DNA of 64,000 nucleotides, taken from assembly GCA_035548375.1 (NCBI GenBank), contig DASZTG010000094.1, forward strand, positions 283-64,282, written 5' to 3'. The DNA is from Burkholderiales bacterium. GTDB lineage: Bacteria > Pseudomonadota > Gammaproteobacteria > Burkholderiales > JACQAP01. Position numbers and translations under genes: made by a program. A model generated the notes under the pieces. The model saw nothing but the letters and a program-made list of their open reading frames with translations. It had not been told where the DNA came from and searched no databases. Of the stretch, positions 48,914 through 58,391 are shown in pieces (the stretch's first letter is position 1; every line of letters starts with the position of its first letter).

Positions 48914-49445
48914 TTCTTCTCAACTATTCGTTTGGAATTGTCCGCCCTGCCATTTGTTGCACATGATCCATCGGCGACTTGTTGCGCCGTTGGGAGGCGG
49001 TGATCAGGCAACCGCATTCGTGCGCGCGCAAATTTTACCTGCATGACATTCGGATTGAAAAGCTGACCGCGACGAATCGCCGAGAATTTTCTCCCCTTTT
49101 GATTTGCGCCGGGCAGGTCGACTCGACTCTGGAAAGTAGACGAAGACTTCGCGTCTTTCCTCATGCGCGGCGCAGCATCTCCGCTGGAGCGAGCGCCGAG
49201 GCTTCGCCTGGCAAACCCACGCACGGGTTCAATCGACGTCGGCTGAATTCCACCATGCCAGTTGACGCATGCGCCCCGCGAACTCTCCACCGGTATCGAT
49301 GAACGTGTGACAATTCGCGCCGCATTGTCGCTATCTGGCATCGCGATAACTTCGCATTGCGTTGCCATTTTCTACCGGGCGAGCGGAAGTCCTTGAACCG
49401 TCTCGCGCGCCTTTTCTCCTGCACGGGAATTGCTCTTTCCGGGCT

Positions 49446-50558
49446 ATGCCTACTCTCACGAAAGCCGGCTTCGTTCGAATTTTCCGTGAATGGCGCATCG
49501 CGGCGGCAGCACTGGCCATGGTCGTCATGCTTGCGGCGTGCGGCGGTGGCGGAGGAAGTGGCAGCGAGGGCAACACCAGCGCGGGCGGCGGCACGGCGGG
49601 CGGAGGTCCAGGCGCTCCGACTTCTCCCGTCGCCGCGACGTCACTGTTCAGCCAACCCCACCCCTGGACCAAGGACGTGTCTGCCCTCCCCGCGTCATCG
49701 AGGTCTTCCGCCATCATCAGTGCCCTCGGTACGCTGGGCGGCTGGGGCACAGGGTCGTTGCGCATCGATTTCTCGATCGCGCTGCTGTTCGCGGATTCGA
49801 CGACACCGAGGCGCACCATTTCCTCCGCTGCCGGCGGCTACTGCTTCGGCGGCCCGGACTGCGACGCAGTGCCGCTGCAGATGCCCATCCCCACCAACGG
49901 CAACGCGGAGGGCAGCGGCAATTACATTTGCGACACCGCCAACAATGATTGCCATGTCCTCGTGGTCGAGACGACGAGCCGGAAGCTCTATGAGCTCTAC
50001 AACGCCACCCACTCCGGCGCTGCGTTCACGGCACTAGGCGCTTTCGTCGGGGACCTGACGAGGCAGTATCCCGATTCCCTGCGCGGCGAGCAGTGCACCT
50101 CCGCGGACGCGGCAGGGCTGCCGATGTCGGCGCTGCTTGCGACCAGCGACGAGGTGGCGAACGGCGAAATTCCTCATGCCTTGCGCTTCATCCTGCCCAA
50201 CGCGCGCATGAAGCGGCAGGTGTATGTCCATCCCGCCACCCACGCCGGCGGGCCATCGAGCACGAACGCGGACGCACCACCCTACGGCGTGCGCTTCCGG
50301 TTGAAATCGGGCTTCGATGAAACGCCGTTCAACCGAGGCGAGCGCGTCGTGCTGAAGGCGATGAAAAGGTACGGCATGATCCTTCGTGACGGCGGGAACA
50401 TTGCGCTCACGTTTGCCGACGACCGCCTGTCGAGCAACAAATGGGCGGCTCTTGGAATCGACAGAAATTCGTTCTCCTCCATTGCCGTCGACGATTTCGA
50501 GGTAGTCGACCTCGCGCCGGAGATCGCGCTGACGTTCAACTGCGTGCGCAACCCCTGA
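49446..50558 (+). CDS. Lipoprotein with Gly-rich linker and unassigned ~300-aa domain
   Basis: Start at MPTLTKAG..AMVVMLAAC (lipobox), then GGGGGSGSEGNTSAGGGTAGGGPG. The body has conserved-looking blocks HALRFILPN, VHPATHAGG and KRYGMILRDGG. No family recognised. Confidence 0.65.
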   Translation: MPTLTKAGFVRIFREWRIAAAALAMVVMLAACGGGGGSGSEGNTSAGGGTAGGGPGAPTSPVAATSLFSQPHPWTKDVSALPASSRSSAIISALGTLGGWGTGSLRIDFSIALLFADSTTPRRTISSAAGGYCFGGPDCDAVPLQMPIPTNGNAEGSGNYICDTANNDCHVLVVETTSRKLYELYNATHSGAAFTALGAFVGDLTRQYPDSLRGEQCTSADAAGLPMSALLATSDEVANGEIPHALRFILPNARMKRQVYVHPATHAGGPSSTNADAPPYGVRFRLKSGFDETPFNRGERVVLKAMKRYGMILRDGGNIALTFADDRLSSNKWAALGIDRNSFSSIAVDDFEVVDLAPEIALTFNCVRNP

Positions 50559-50574
50559 AGTCCTCGGCAAGAGC

Positions 50575-51798
50575 TCAAACAAACTCCATCGGCGCTGCCG
50601 TCTCCATCATCACCTGCTCCGGCACGCGGGCGGCTTCGGCTTGTTGCCGTTCCTGGGCCGACTTGAGCTGCGCCTCCATATAGCCGCCGAGGTAGCGGCC
50701 GCGCGCGACCATGGCGCCGTCGATGCGCAGGCGCTCGGCCTCGAAGCGCGAAAGCCCGGCCGGCTCGACGCCGCTTTCCTGTACCACCTTCACCAGCCCG
50801 ATTGCATCGCCAGCGCCCTTGGGCACCCCCATCGCGACATGCGGACGCGCGGTGAACGCCGCGTCGCCGATGACGACCGCGCGACCGAACACCAAGCGCG
50901 GCATCTCGAGGTCGACGATGGGCTGGAAGAAGTGCAACCGCGCGCGGCGCACAGCCTCGGCGAATTGCGGCGCCAGCACTTCTGCGGCCCGCTCGATCAT
51001 CTCCCCGCGAACCTTTGCGCTGATCAGCGCCGGCGGAATGCCGTTGGCGTGGTAATGGCCGGTGTCATCGGTCAGCAGCCGGCGCAGTCCCTCCTCCGCC
51101 ACCGGGTAGTACCACACGGTGTTGAATTGCCGGCGTCCCGGCTCGACGCCGTGCCCGGGCCCCGGCACGGCGTAGCCGATGCCCTGCTGGCCGGGTGCCA
51201 CGCAAACGCAATAGCGGTTGAAGATCGACGCGTGCGTCGCAGGCGACAAATCGCCTTCGTCGGTCAGGCAGCGCCAGGCGATATAGCCAGCGTAATTGGG
51301 CTTCGATTCGGGCAGCAGTTGCGCACGCGCGGTGGACCGCAGGCCGTCGGCGGCAACCAGCAGATCAGCTTCCACACGCTCGCCGCCGGTGAAGCAAGCC
51401 GTTACACGGCTCGCATCCTGCTCGATCCTTTCCAGCGTCATGCCGGCGCGGTAGTTCTGGTCGGGGAAAACCTTTCTCAGCTCGTCGTACAGGCGCTTCC
51501 ATGACGTCATCACCTGCGAGAACGGTCGCTCGGCGACGACGCGCCCGGCGCGATCGAGGGCAATACGGGCGGGCAAATGAACGCCGAGCGATTCCTCGGT
51601 GACGTCCGCTCCCGCTGCGCGAAAGCCCTCCGCGAGGCCGGGCAGGATGGTGATGCCGGCGCCGCGGCCTTCGACGTTGCCGCTGACGCGCTCGAACACC
51701 TTGACGTCCCATCCCGCGCGATGAAAAAGATTCCCCGTGATCAGGCCGACGAGCGAGCCGCCGATGACGACGACGCGGCCGCGGGAGCCCTGCTTCAT
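50575..51798 (-). CDS. Class A FAD-dependent monooxygenase (aromatic/heteroaromatic hydroxylase-like)
   Basis: ATG 51798 is preceded by ggaggga and overlaps the upstream stop (ATGA). GxGxxG VVVIGGSLVG, DG motif LLVAADGLRS, GD motif VVIGDAAF. Confidence 0.85.
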   Translation of the reverse strand: MKQGSRGRVVVIGGSLVGLITGNLFHRAGWDVKVFERVSGNVEGRGAGITILPGLAEGFRAAGADVTEESLGVHLPARIALDRAGRVVAERPFSQVMTSWKRLYDELRKVFPDQNYRAGMTLERIEQDASRVTACFTGGERVEADLLVAADGLRSTARAQLLPESKPNYAGYIAWRCLTDEGDLSPATHASIFNRYCVCVAPGQQGIGYAVPGPGHGVEPGRRQFNTVWYYPVAEEGLRRLLTDDTGHYHANGIPPALISAKVRGEMIERAAEVLAPQFAEAVRRARLHFFQPIVDLEMPRLVFGRAVVIGDAAFTARPHVAMGVPKGAGDAIGLVKVVQESGVEPAGLSRFEAERLRIDGAMVARGRYLGGYMEAQLKSAQERQQAEAARVPEQVMMETAAPMEFV

Positions 51799-52709
51799 TT
51801 TCCCTCCGACGCGTCGACGTTTTCGGTGGAAAGCCCGGCACGCTTCTCCGCCAGCTTGACTGCTGCCATGTAATCTTCGCTCGCATATTCGTCGAGCAAC
51901 GCCTGCCACAGGTCGCGCGTGCGCGCGGTGAGCGGCATGCCCATGCCGTGGGCAGCCGCGGCCGCGAGCATGAGGTCCATGTCCTTGCAGATCAGGTCCG
52001 GCGTCATGGTCGGCGCGAAGTCGCGCGTTGCCAGCCGCGCGATCTTCGCCTTGAGCCAGGGCGAGGCGATGGTGCTTCTCGCAATGGTATCGAGCATGGG
52101 CTTCCATTCCATGCCGGCCTTGCGGCCGAGCGACAGGGCTTCCGCGAGCGCCTGCCCGGTGCTGACGATGATCGCGTTGGTCACGAGCTTCATGTAGCGC
52201 GCCTGCTCCCCCTCGCCGAGGTAAGCCTGGTCCTTGCTGAAGGTCTCGACGATGGACTTGATGCGTTTCCAGGCCGCCTCGGGGCCCGACACCAGCACGG
52301 TGATGTCGCCGGTCTGTGCCGACGCGGCGTTACCCGAGATCGGCATGCGCAAATAATCCACGCCGCGCGCAGCCGCTTCGCGCGCGACTTCTTCCGAAAC
52401 TTGCGGCGACACCGTGCTGGTGTCGGCGAACACTGCGCCCGCAGCCGCATTCGCCAGTACGCCGCGCGGGCCGAGGGCCACGTCGCGCAAGGCCGCATCG
52501 TCCGCCACCGCCGAGAAAATCACCTCTGCTTCGCGCGCGCAGGATGCCGTGTCGCGCGCCTCGCTCGCACCAAGCGCAACGAGCTTCTGCCGGCTCGCCG
52601 CGCTGCGTGACCAGACCATGAGCGGATACCCCGCCTTCATGATGAAGCCCGCCATCGGCACGCCCATGCGTCCCGCGCCGATCCAGCCGATCCTCGGCAG
52701 GGATGCCAT
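51795..52709 (-). CDS. NAD(P)-dependent dehydrogenase, 3-hydroxyisobutyrate/6-phosphogluconate dehydrogenase-like
   Basis: SD aaggagg upstream. IGWIGAGRMGVPMAG Rossmann motif, plus the NAD_binding_2/11 architecture. Confidence 0.85.
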   Translation of the reverse strand: MASLPRIGWIGAGRMGVPMAGFIMKAGYPLMVWSRSAASRQKLVALGASEARDTASCAREAEVIFSAVADDAALRDVALGPRGVLANAAAGAVFADTSTVSPQVSEEVAREAAARGVDYLRMPISGNAASAQTGDITVLVSGPEAAWKRIKSIVETFSKDQAYLGEGEQARYMKLVTNAIIVSTGQALAEALSLGRKAGMEWKPMLDTIARSTIASPWLKAKIARLATRDFAPTMTPDLICKDMDLMLAAAAAHGMGMPLTARTRDLWQALLDEYASEDYMAAVKLAEKRAGLSTENVDASEGK

Positions 52710-52735
52710 CGTCGCCTCCTTTTTTCGTTGCACGC

Positions 52736-53464
52736 TCACGCGCCGAGATAATAGCTTTTCACCAGTTCGCTGCCTTGCAGCTCGGCGAGGTCGCGGCCCG
52801 CGAAGGCGATCTGCCCCTGCACGATGACATAGCCGCGATCGGCGATGCGGCTCGCCTGGTGGAAATTCTGCTCCGCCATCAGCACCGTCAGGCCAAACTG
52901 CGCCTTGAGCGCGCCGATGGTGTCTACCGTCTGCTTCACCAGCGCCGGCGACAACCCCACCGACGGCTCGTCGACGAGCAAAAGCCTGGGCGCCGACATA
53001 AGGGCACGCGCGATCGCCAGCATCTGCTGCTGGCCGCCGCTCAGCTCGCCCGCCCGCTGGGAGGCGCGGTCCCGCAGCACCGGGAAGGCGTCGTGGCATA
53101 GCGCGAGATTGCGCGAGATCGCCGCGCGCGCCTCGCGGCGGAAGGCGCCGAGCATCAGGTTCTCTTGCACCGTGAGCCGGGGGAACAAGCGGCGGCCCTC
53201 CGGCACCATGGCGACGCCGAGCGCGACGATGTCCTGCGTGTCAAGGCGGGCGAGATCGACATGGCGCCCGCCCACTTCCAGCACGATGGAACCGCGCGAG
53301 GGCTTCACCTGGCCCATGATGCACTTCATCAGGGTGCTCTTGCCGTTGCCGTTGGTGCCGAGCAATGCGACCGTCTCTCCCTCGCGCACCTCGAGCGAGA
53401 CGCCGTGAAGCGCGCGCACGGCGCCGTAGCCCGCTTCCAGATTTTCGATCGCGAGGCTAGTCAC
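52736..53464 (-). CDS. livF: HAAT-family ABC transporter ATP-binding protein (LivF-type)
   Basis: Walker A GTNGNGKST, signature LSGGQQQML, Walker B LLLVDEPSVGL. The symbol is family-level only. Confidence 0.88.
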   Translation of the reverse strand: MTSLAIENLEAGYGAVRALHGVSLEVREGETVALLGTNGNGKSTLMKCIMGQVKPSRGSIVLEVGGRHVDLARLDTQDIVALGVAMVPEGRRLFPRLTVQENLMLGAFRREARAAISRNLALCHDAFPVLRDRASQRAGELSGGQQQMLAIARALMSAPRLLLVDEPSVGLSPALVKQTVDTIGALKAQFGLTVLMAEQNFHQASRIADRGYVIVQGQIAFAGRDLAELQGSELVKSYYLGA

Positions 53465-54185
53465 CGATGTAGACCTTCTGCACGCCGGTATCCCGCACCA
53501 CGTCCTGCGGTGTGCCCTGTGCCAGGATGCGCCCGGCGTCGAGGCACACGACGCGCTCCGAGAATTTCATGATCGCGCGCATGATGTGCTCGATCATCAC
53601 GATGGTCACGCCCTCGCTGCTCAAGTCGAGCACGATGCCGAGCACCTCATCGACCTCGGCAGGCGACAGCCCGGCCATCACCTCGTCGAGGACCAGCAGG
53701 CGCGGCCGCGCCGCCAATGCACGCGCCAGCTCGAGCTTGCGCAAGTCGACTTGCGTGAGTGCCGCAGGCAACGCGTCAGCCTTCGCCTGCAGGCCCATCT
53801 TGCGCAGCAGATCGCGCGCTTCCGCGCCCACGTCGGCACGATGCAGCGAGTGGCGGTGTGCGACGTACTCCAGCGGCACGGCGACGTTCTCCGCCAAGGT
53901 CATGCTTGCAAACGGCCGCGGTAGCTGGAAGCTGCGCGCGATGCCGATCTGCGCGCGGCGGTGTGCCGGCCACCGGGTCACGTCCACGCCATCGAAGCGG
54001 ATCGACCCCGCGTCGCCGCGCAATGCACCGGCGATGCAATTGATCAGCGTGGTCTTGCCCGATCCGTTGGGCCCGATAATGCCGAGGCGCTCGCCGGCTC
54101 GCAGCGCGAGGCTGACGTCCGACAGCGCGACGAAGCCGCCGAAGCGCTTGGTGATGCCCGTAACTTCGAGCAGCGCCGCGCTCAC
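53457..54185 (-). CDS. livG: HAAT-family ABC transporter ATP-binding protein (LivG-type)
   Basis: GTG 54185 overlaps the upstream stop (GTGA). Walker A GPNGSGKTT, Walker B LLVLDEVMAGL. The symbol is family-level only. Confidence 0.85.
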   Translation of the reverse strand: MSAALLEVTGITKRFGGFVALSDVSLALRAGERLGIIGPNGSGKTTLINCIAGALRGDAGSIRFDGVDVTRWPAHRRAQIGIARSFQLPRPFASMTLAENVAVPLEYVAHRHSLHRADVGAEARDLLRKMGLQAKADALPAALTQVDLRKLELARALAARPRLLVLDEVMAGLSPAEVDEVLGIVLDLSSEGVTIVMIEHIMRAIMKFSERVVCLDAGRILAQGTPQDVVRDTGVQKVYIGD

Positions 54186-55138
54186 CTGCGGACCGCCTTC
54201 CCGGACCATTTGCGCGCGAGTCCCAGGATGCCGTCGGGCGCGGCAACCACGAACGCGACCAGCAGCACGCCCAGCACGAGGACATTCAGTTCCGAGGACA
54301 GCGTCACCGTGACGAGCTGCTGCGCGCTGCCGAGCAACAGCGCGCCGATGACGGGCCCGATCCAGCTCGCGGTGCCGCCGATGATGGGCATCGCCAGCGC
54401 GGAAACCGCATAGTTCAAACTGAAAGCGGACGTCGGCTCGATGAAGCTCATGTAGAGCGGGAACGGCGCGCCGGCGAGGCCCATCAGCGCACCGGACAGG
54501 GTGGCCGCGAGCAGCTTCAGCCGCAGAGTCGGCACGCCGGCGGACTCGGCCGCTTCCTCGCTGTCGCGCAGCGCGCGCAGGCCGCGGCCGATCCAGGAAA
54601 TTTCCACGTAACGCGCCAGCGCGACGGCCAGCACGGCGATGAGCGCCATTGCGACGAACAACAGGCGCGCATAGGTCGCGAACCCGGCGGGCGCCGCAGG
54701 CTGGACCATGGTGGCGCCGCGCGCGCCGCCGACATAGCCCCAGTTCAGCACGACGGTTTCGCAGATGACGGCGATCGCCACCGTGGCGATCGAGAAGAAT
54801 ATCCCGCGCAGGCGCAAGGTCATGGCGCCGACGGCAAATCCCATGAGGCCGGTCACCCCTGCCGCGGCGACGAGCTGGATGATGAGCGGCGCATCGAAGG
54901 CCTTCACCAGCGCCACCGCGGTATAAGCCCCCGCGGCAAAGAAAGCCCCGGAGCCGAAGTTCACGTAACCCGCATAGCCGCCGAGGATGTTCCATGCCGT
55001 GGCCAGCACGACGAACTGCAGCACCACGTAGCCCGCGAAGAAGAAATATTCGTTATCGACGAACCAGGCCAGCAGCAGCGCGCCGCCCAGCACCGCGATG
55101 GCGCCGGCGAAAAAGATTTTCCAGCGGCCCATGCGCAT
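54182..55138 (-). CDS. livM: HAAT-family ABC transporter permease (LivM-type)
   Basis: 318 aa polytopic membrane protein in Liv operon order, with a start/stop overlap to livH. Confidence 0.85.
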   Translation of the reverse strand: MRMGRWKIFFAGAIAVLGGALLLAWFVDNEYFFFAGYVVLQFVVLATAWNILGGYAGYVNFGSGAFFAAGAYTAVALVKAFDAPLIIQLVAAAGVTGLMGFAVGAMTLRLRGIFFSIATVAIAVICETVVLNWGYVGGARGATMVQPAAPAGFATYARLLFVAMALIAVLAVALARYVEISWIGRGLRALRDSEEAAESAGVPTLRLKLLAATLSGALMGLAGAPFPLYMSFIEPTSAFSLNYAVSALAMPIIGGTASWIGPVIGALLLGSAQQLVTVTLSSELNVLVLGVLLVAFVVAAPDGILGLARKWSGKAVRR

Positions 55139-56007
55139 CAGCGTCCGAACAGGCCGGCCGGGCGCACCGCCAGCACCAGCAACAGGAGGCCGAAGGCCAC
55201 GGCCGGCGCCCAGGACGCGCCGAACGATGTGAGCACCACGCTTTCGGCGATGCCGAGGATGATGCCGGCCACGAGCGTGCCCGGCATGCTGCCGAGCCCG
55301 GCAAGCACCGCGACGCAGAAAGTGCGGCCGATGTAGAGTCGTCCGAGTCCCGGCTCTACCGGCGTGACGATGATCAGCAGCGCGCCAGCCAGCGCGCAGG
55401 TGCCGGTGGCGATGCCGAACGCCCAGCGCTTGATGCGCACCGGATCGGCCCCCATCAGCGCCAGCGCGCCTTCGTCCTGCGCCACGGCTTTTATCGCGCG
55501 GCCGGTGAACGTGCCCGACAGGTAGAGCGTGAGCACGACGGTCAGCAGCAGCGCCACGCCGAACGCGACCAGCATTCGCAGTGGCAAGCGCATCTCGCCC
55601 AAGGCAAAGCTCTTGCCGATGTAGGCCGCGTCGACCGCGCGCTGGTCCACGCCGAAGGCCAGGATCAACGCGACTTCGACGATGAAGGCGATGCCGAAGA
55701 AGAAGGCAAGGCCGCGCAACCCGGCGTCGCTGCCGCGGCTTTCGAACACCGCATGGTAAAAGCGATGCACGGCCAGGCCCGCGACGAAGAATGCCGGCGT
55801 CAGCAGCGCGCCGGCCAGCAGCGGGTCGATGCCTATCCTGTTGAGCGCGTAAGCCCCATAGGCGCCGAGCACCAGGAAGGCGGGATGCGCGATCTGCGGC
55901 ACGTCGAGCAGGCCGAAGGCCACCGACAGGCCGACGCTGACGGCGGCGTAGAAGCAGCCGAGCAGCACGCCCGCGACGATCGCATCGCCCAGCAGCTCGA
56001 AGGACAT
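55138..56007 (-). CDS. livH: HAAT-family ABC transporter permease (LivH-type)
   Basis: 289 aa polytopic membrane protein. Starts 8 nt after the SBP gene. Confidence 0.85.
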   Translation of the reverse strand: MSFELLGDAIVAGVLLGCFYAAVSVGLSVAFGLLDVPQIAHPAFLVLGAYGAYALNRIGIDPLLAGALLTPAFFVAGLAVHRFYHAVFESRGSDAGLRGLAFFFGIAFIVEVALILAFGVDQRAVDAAYIGKSFALGEMRLPLRMLVAFGVALLLTVVLTLYLSGTFTGRAIKAVAQDEGALALMGADPVRIKRWAFGIATGTCALAGALLIIVTPVEPGLGRLYIGRTFCVAVLAGLGSMPGTLVAGIILGIAESVVLTSFGASWAPAVAFGLLLLVLAVRPAGLFGR

Positions 56008-56014
56008 CGTCGCC

Positions 56015-57277
56015 CTAGCGGCGCACCTGGTTGAAGGCGTCCAGTTCTCCGCTCTTGAAAGCCTCGGGGGCGACGATCACCTGCTTGCCGGCGGCGCGGA
56101 ACTGTTCCAGATTCTTGTCTGCGATGTTCCTGAATTGCACATAGACGATGCGCGGGTTCGCCCATTCGCCGGTCGGGCCGTAGCGGATGCTGCCGACGAT
56201 GGTCTTGATCTCGTGTTCGCGCAGGTATTTCGCCAGCACCTTGTTGTCCAGGCTTTTCGTCGCGGTCACGGCCTGCGCAAGGATCTGCCCGATCGCATAG
56301 TCGTACGGCGGCAGGTAGAACCCGAGCGGATCGACGTTCGCGCCTTTCGCTTTCTCCTGGTAGCGCACCAGGAAGTCCTTGATGCCCGGGAAGTCCATGG
56401 TCTTCTCCGGCGCCCAGGTGTTGTAGTTCACCACGCCGTTCAGCGCGGAGCCCAGCGATTCCATGATAGAGGCGTACTGCAAGCCGACCATGCCGCCGCC
56501 GAACAGCTTGACGTTGCCGCCGATGCCGATCTCGCCGACCGAGCGGATGATGGCCGTGGAGTCGGAAGGATACGACGCGACGAACACGACATCCGGGTTC
56601 TTCGCGCGAATCGCGCGCACCATCGACGAGAACTCCACCGTGTTCGGCGGATAGTTCTGGTCGTAGACCGATTCCAGCCCCGCCTCTTTCAATCCCGCGC
56701 GCACGCCGCCGGCGAGATTTTGCGCGAACTCGGCGTCGGCGGCCAGGATGGCAATGGTTTTCGCGCCGACCTTGCGGCACAGGCCGAGGAAGGGCGCGGC
56801 CGAGTCTTTCGCCGATGCCCACGGCTGGTTGTTGAAGTACTTGTCGTGCCGGACATGCGCGTTCGCATCCAGCGCGAAATTGCCGATCAGCAACCGGTCG
56901 CGCTGCTTGACCAGCGGCATGATCGGTGCGGTGGGATTGGTCGCGTAAGGCGCGACCAGCAAGTCGACCTTGTCGACGTCGAGCAGCTTCGAATAGATGC
57001 CCGGCGTCATCGACGGATTGCCCTGGTCGTCGTAAACCACGAGCTCAACTGGGCGGCCGAGCAGGCCGCCGCGGGCATTGACGTCGTCGCGCCAGAGCTG
57101 CATTGCGACCAGCCCGGATTTGCCGGCGCCGCTCAAGGGCCCGGTTTGCGCGATCGACAGGCCGATGCGGATCGGCGCCTTGTCCTGCGCCTGCGCGCCA
57201 ATCGCGAAGACGAGGCCAGCCAGTGCGGCAAGGATGGTCGCGACGTGCGCGACGATGCGCCGCCTCGTTAGCTTCAT
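56015..57277 (-). CDS. HAAT-family periplasmic substrate-binding protein (LivK/Peripla_BP_6-type)
   Basis: Signal peptide ..LVFAIGAQA. Type I PBP pattern PIRIGLSIAQTGPLSGAG. First gene of the operon. Confidence 0.85.
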   Translation of the reverse strand: MKLTRRRIVAHVATILAALAGLVFAIGAQAQDKAPIRIGLSIAQTGPLSGAGKSGLVAMQLWRDDVNARGGLLGRPVELVVYDDQGNPSMTPGIYSKLLDVDKVDLLVAPYATNPTAPIMPLVKQRDRLLIGNFALDANAHVRHDKYFNNQPWASAKDSAAPFLGLCRKVGAKTIAILAADAEFAQNLAGGVRAGLKEAGLESVYDQNYPPNTVEFSSMVRAIRAKNPDVVFVASYPSDSTAIIRSVGEIGIGGNVKLFGGGMVGLQYASIMESLGSALNGVVNYNTWAPEKTMDFPGIKDFLVRYQEKAKGANVDPLGFYLPPYDYAIGQILAQAVTATKSLDNKVLAKYLREHEIKTIVGSIRYGPTGEWANPRIVYVQFRNIADKNLEQFRAAGKQVIVAPEAFKSGELDAFNQVRR

Positions 57278-57480
57278 GGATTCCTCTCCGTCATCCGGGG
57301 CAGGGTCGTGATGCCCGTCCCCTGCTTTTTGTTTTGTGGAAATGCTGCGTGCAGGGAGCCTATCATTCCCCGCTATCGATCTCCAGCATGAACGTCCCCA
57401 AACTGGGTTACCGGAACATGCGCATCATCCGGATAGCCCCGTGTTAGATTGATGGCTCCCTCGAGGGTTGACCCACGGAC

Positions 57481-58362
57481 ATGGAATTCTTCAAGCAGGT
57501 TTCGGTCGTTGCCGCAGTGGCGATCGGGCTGGCGGCTTCACCGGCAAGTGCCGACCAGCCGACCGGCACCCTCAAAAAGATCATCGACACGCGCAAGATC
57601 CGCCTCGGCTACCAGAGGGACCTGGCGCCGCTTTCGTCCATCGGTGCCGATGGAAAGCCGCGAGGCTATTCGATCGACTTGTGCCGCCGCGTGGTCTCCG
57701 GCATCCGCAACGACTTCAGCCTCGTGGCGCTGGACATCGAGTGGGTCGAGGTAACCATGACCAGCCGGTTCAAGCTGGTGGCCGATGGCTCCATAGACCT
57801 GGAGTGCGCGGCTTCGGCCATTACGCTCTCGCGCATGAAAATGGTGGATTTCAGCGCAATGACGTGGATCGACAGCGGTACCTTCCTCGCAAGGCGCGGC
57901 GAGGTCATCAGGTCGATAGCGGACTTGGGCGGCAAGAAGGTGGCGGTGTTCGAAGGCTCGACCACGGAAGGCGCGCTCCGCGGGGCGCTGCTCGGCCAGA
58001 CCCTCGCTGGTGGCCAGGTCAGCACGCAGATCGTTCTCGTGAAAAACCGGCAAGGAAGCATCGAGGCCCTCGATGCCGGCGCGGTCGACATGATCGCGGG
58101 CGATCGAACGATCCTCGCTAACCTTGCGCGCAGCGCACGCGACCCGGAGCAACTGGCACTGGCCGACTACCAGTTCATGTACGAGCCTTACGGCCTGCCG
58201 CTGCGCCGCAATGATGCGGACTTCAAGTTCGCCGTGAACAGCGCACTGGCCAACCTGTACAGCGGCGGCGAGATCTTGAAGATCTACAAGGCCTGGTTCG
58301 GCGATTTGACGCCGCCGCCGCTGCTGGAGTCCTTGTACGACCTCAACGGCCTGCGAGACTGA
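57481..58362 (+). CDS. Amino-acid ABC transporter substrate-binding protein (SBP_bac_3), orphan
   Basis: Signal peptide. TLKKIIDTRKIRLGYQRDLAPLS.. pattern. No cognate permease or ATPase gene is adjacent. Confidence 0.85.
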   Translation: MEFFKQVSVVAAVAIGLAASPASADQPTGTLKKIIDTRKIRLGYQRDLAPLSSIGADGKPRGYSIDLCRRVVSGIRNDFSLVALDIEWVEVTMTSRFKLVADGSIDLECAASAITLSRMKMVDFSAMTWIDSGTFLARRGEVIRSIADLGGKKVAVFEGSTTEGALRGALLGQTLAGGQVSTQIVLVKNRQGSIEALDAGAVDMIAGDRTILANLARSARDPEQLALADYQFMYEPYGLPLRRNDADFKFAVNSALANLYSGGEILKIYKAWFGDLTPPPLLESLYDLNGLRD

Positions 58363-58391
58363 TGGCCCTCATGGGATAGACCGGACGTGCA

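Noticed and set aside
49225-49234. tRNA T-loop-like GGGTTCAATC in the long spacer
   Set aside because: The flanking bases cannot form a T-stem (ACGGG versus GACGT pairs at only 3 of 5 positions). No acceptor, D or anticodon arms could be drawn.
48910-49368. 152-aa ORF whose stop overlaps the hscC start (ATGA), suggesting a coupled upstream gene
   Set aside because: Its codons near the 3-prime end are A/T-ending (aat, aaa, ata, gtt), unlike every confident gene here. It has no motifs and lies in the AT-richer spacer. The ATGA overlap is probably coincidental.
57300-57335. Terminator-like hairpin (GCAGGG..CCCTGC plus TTTTTGTTTT) on the plus strand in the divergent spacer upstream of the Liv-type SBP gene
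   Set aside because: Nothing is transcribed toward it on the plus strand. The stem is only 6 bp with a 14-nt loop. On the minus strand it sits in the 5-prime UTR without a U-tract, so its function is unclear and it is not called.
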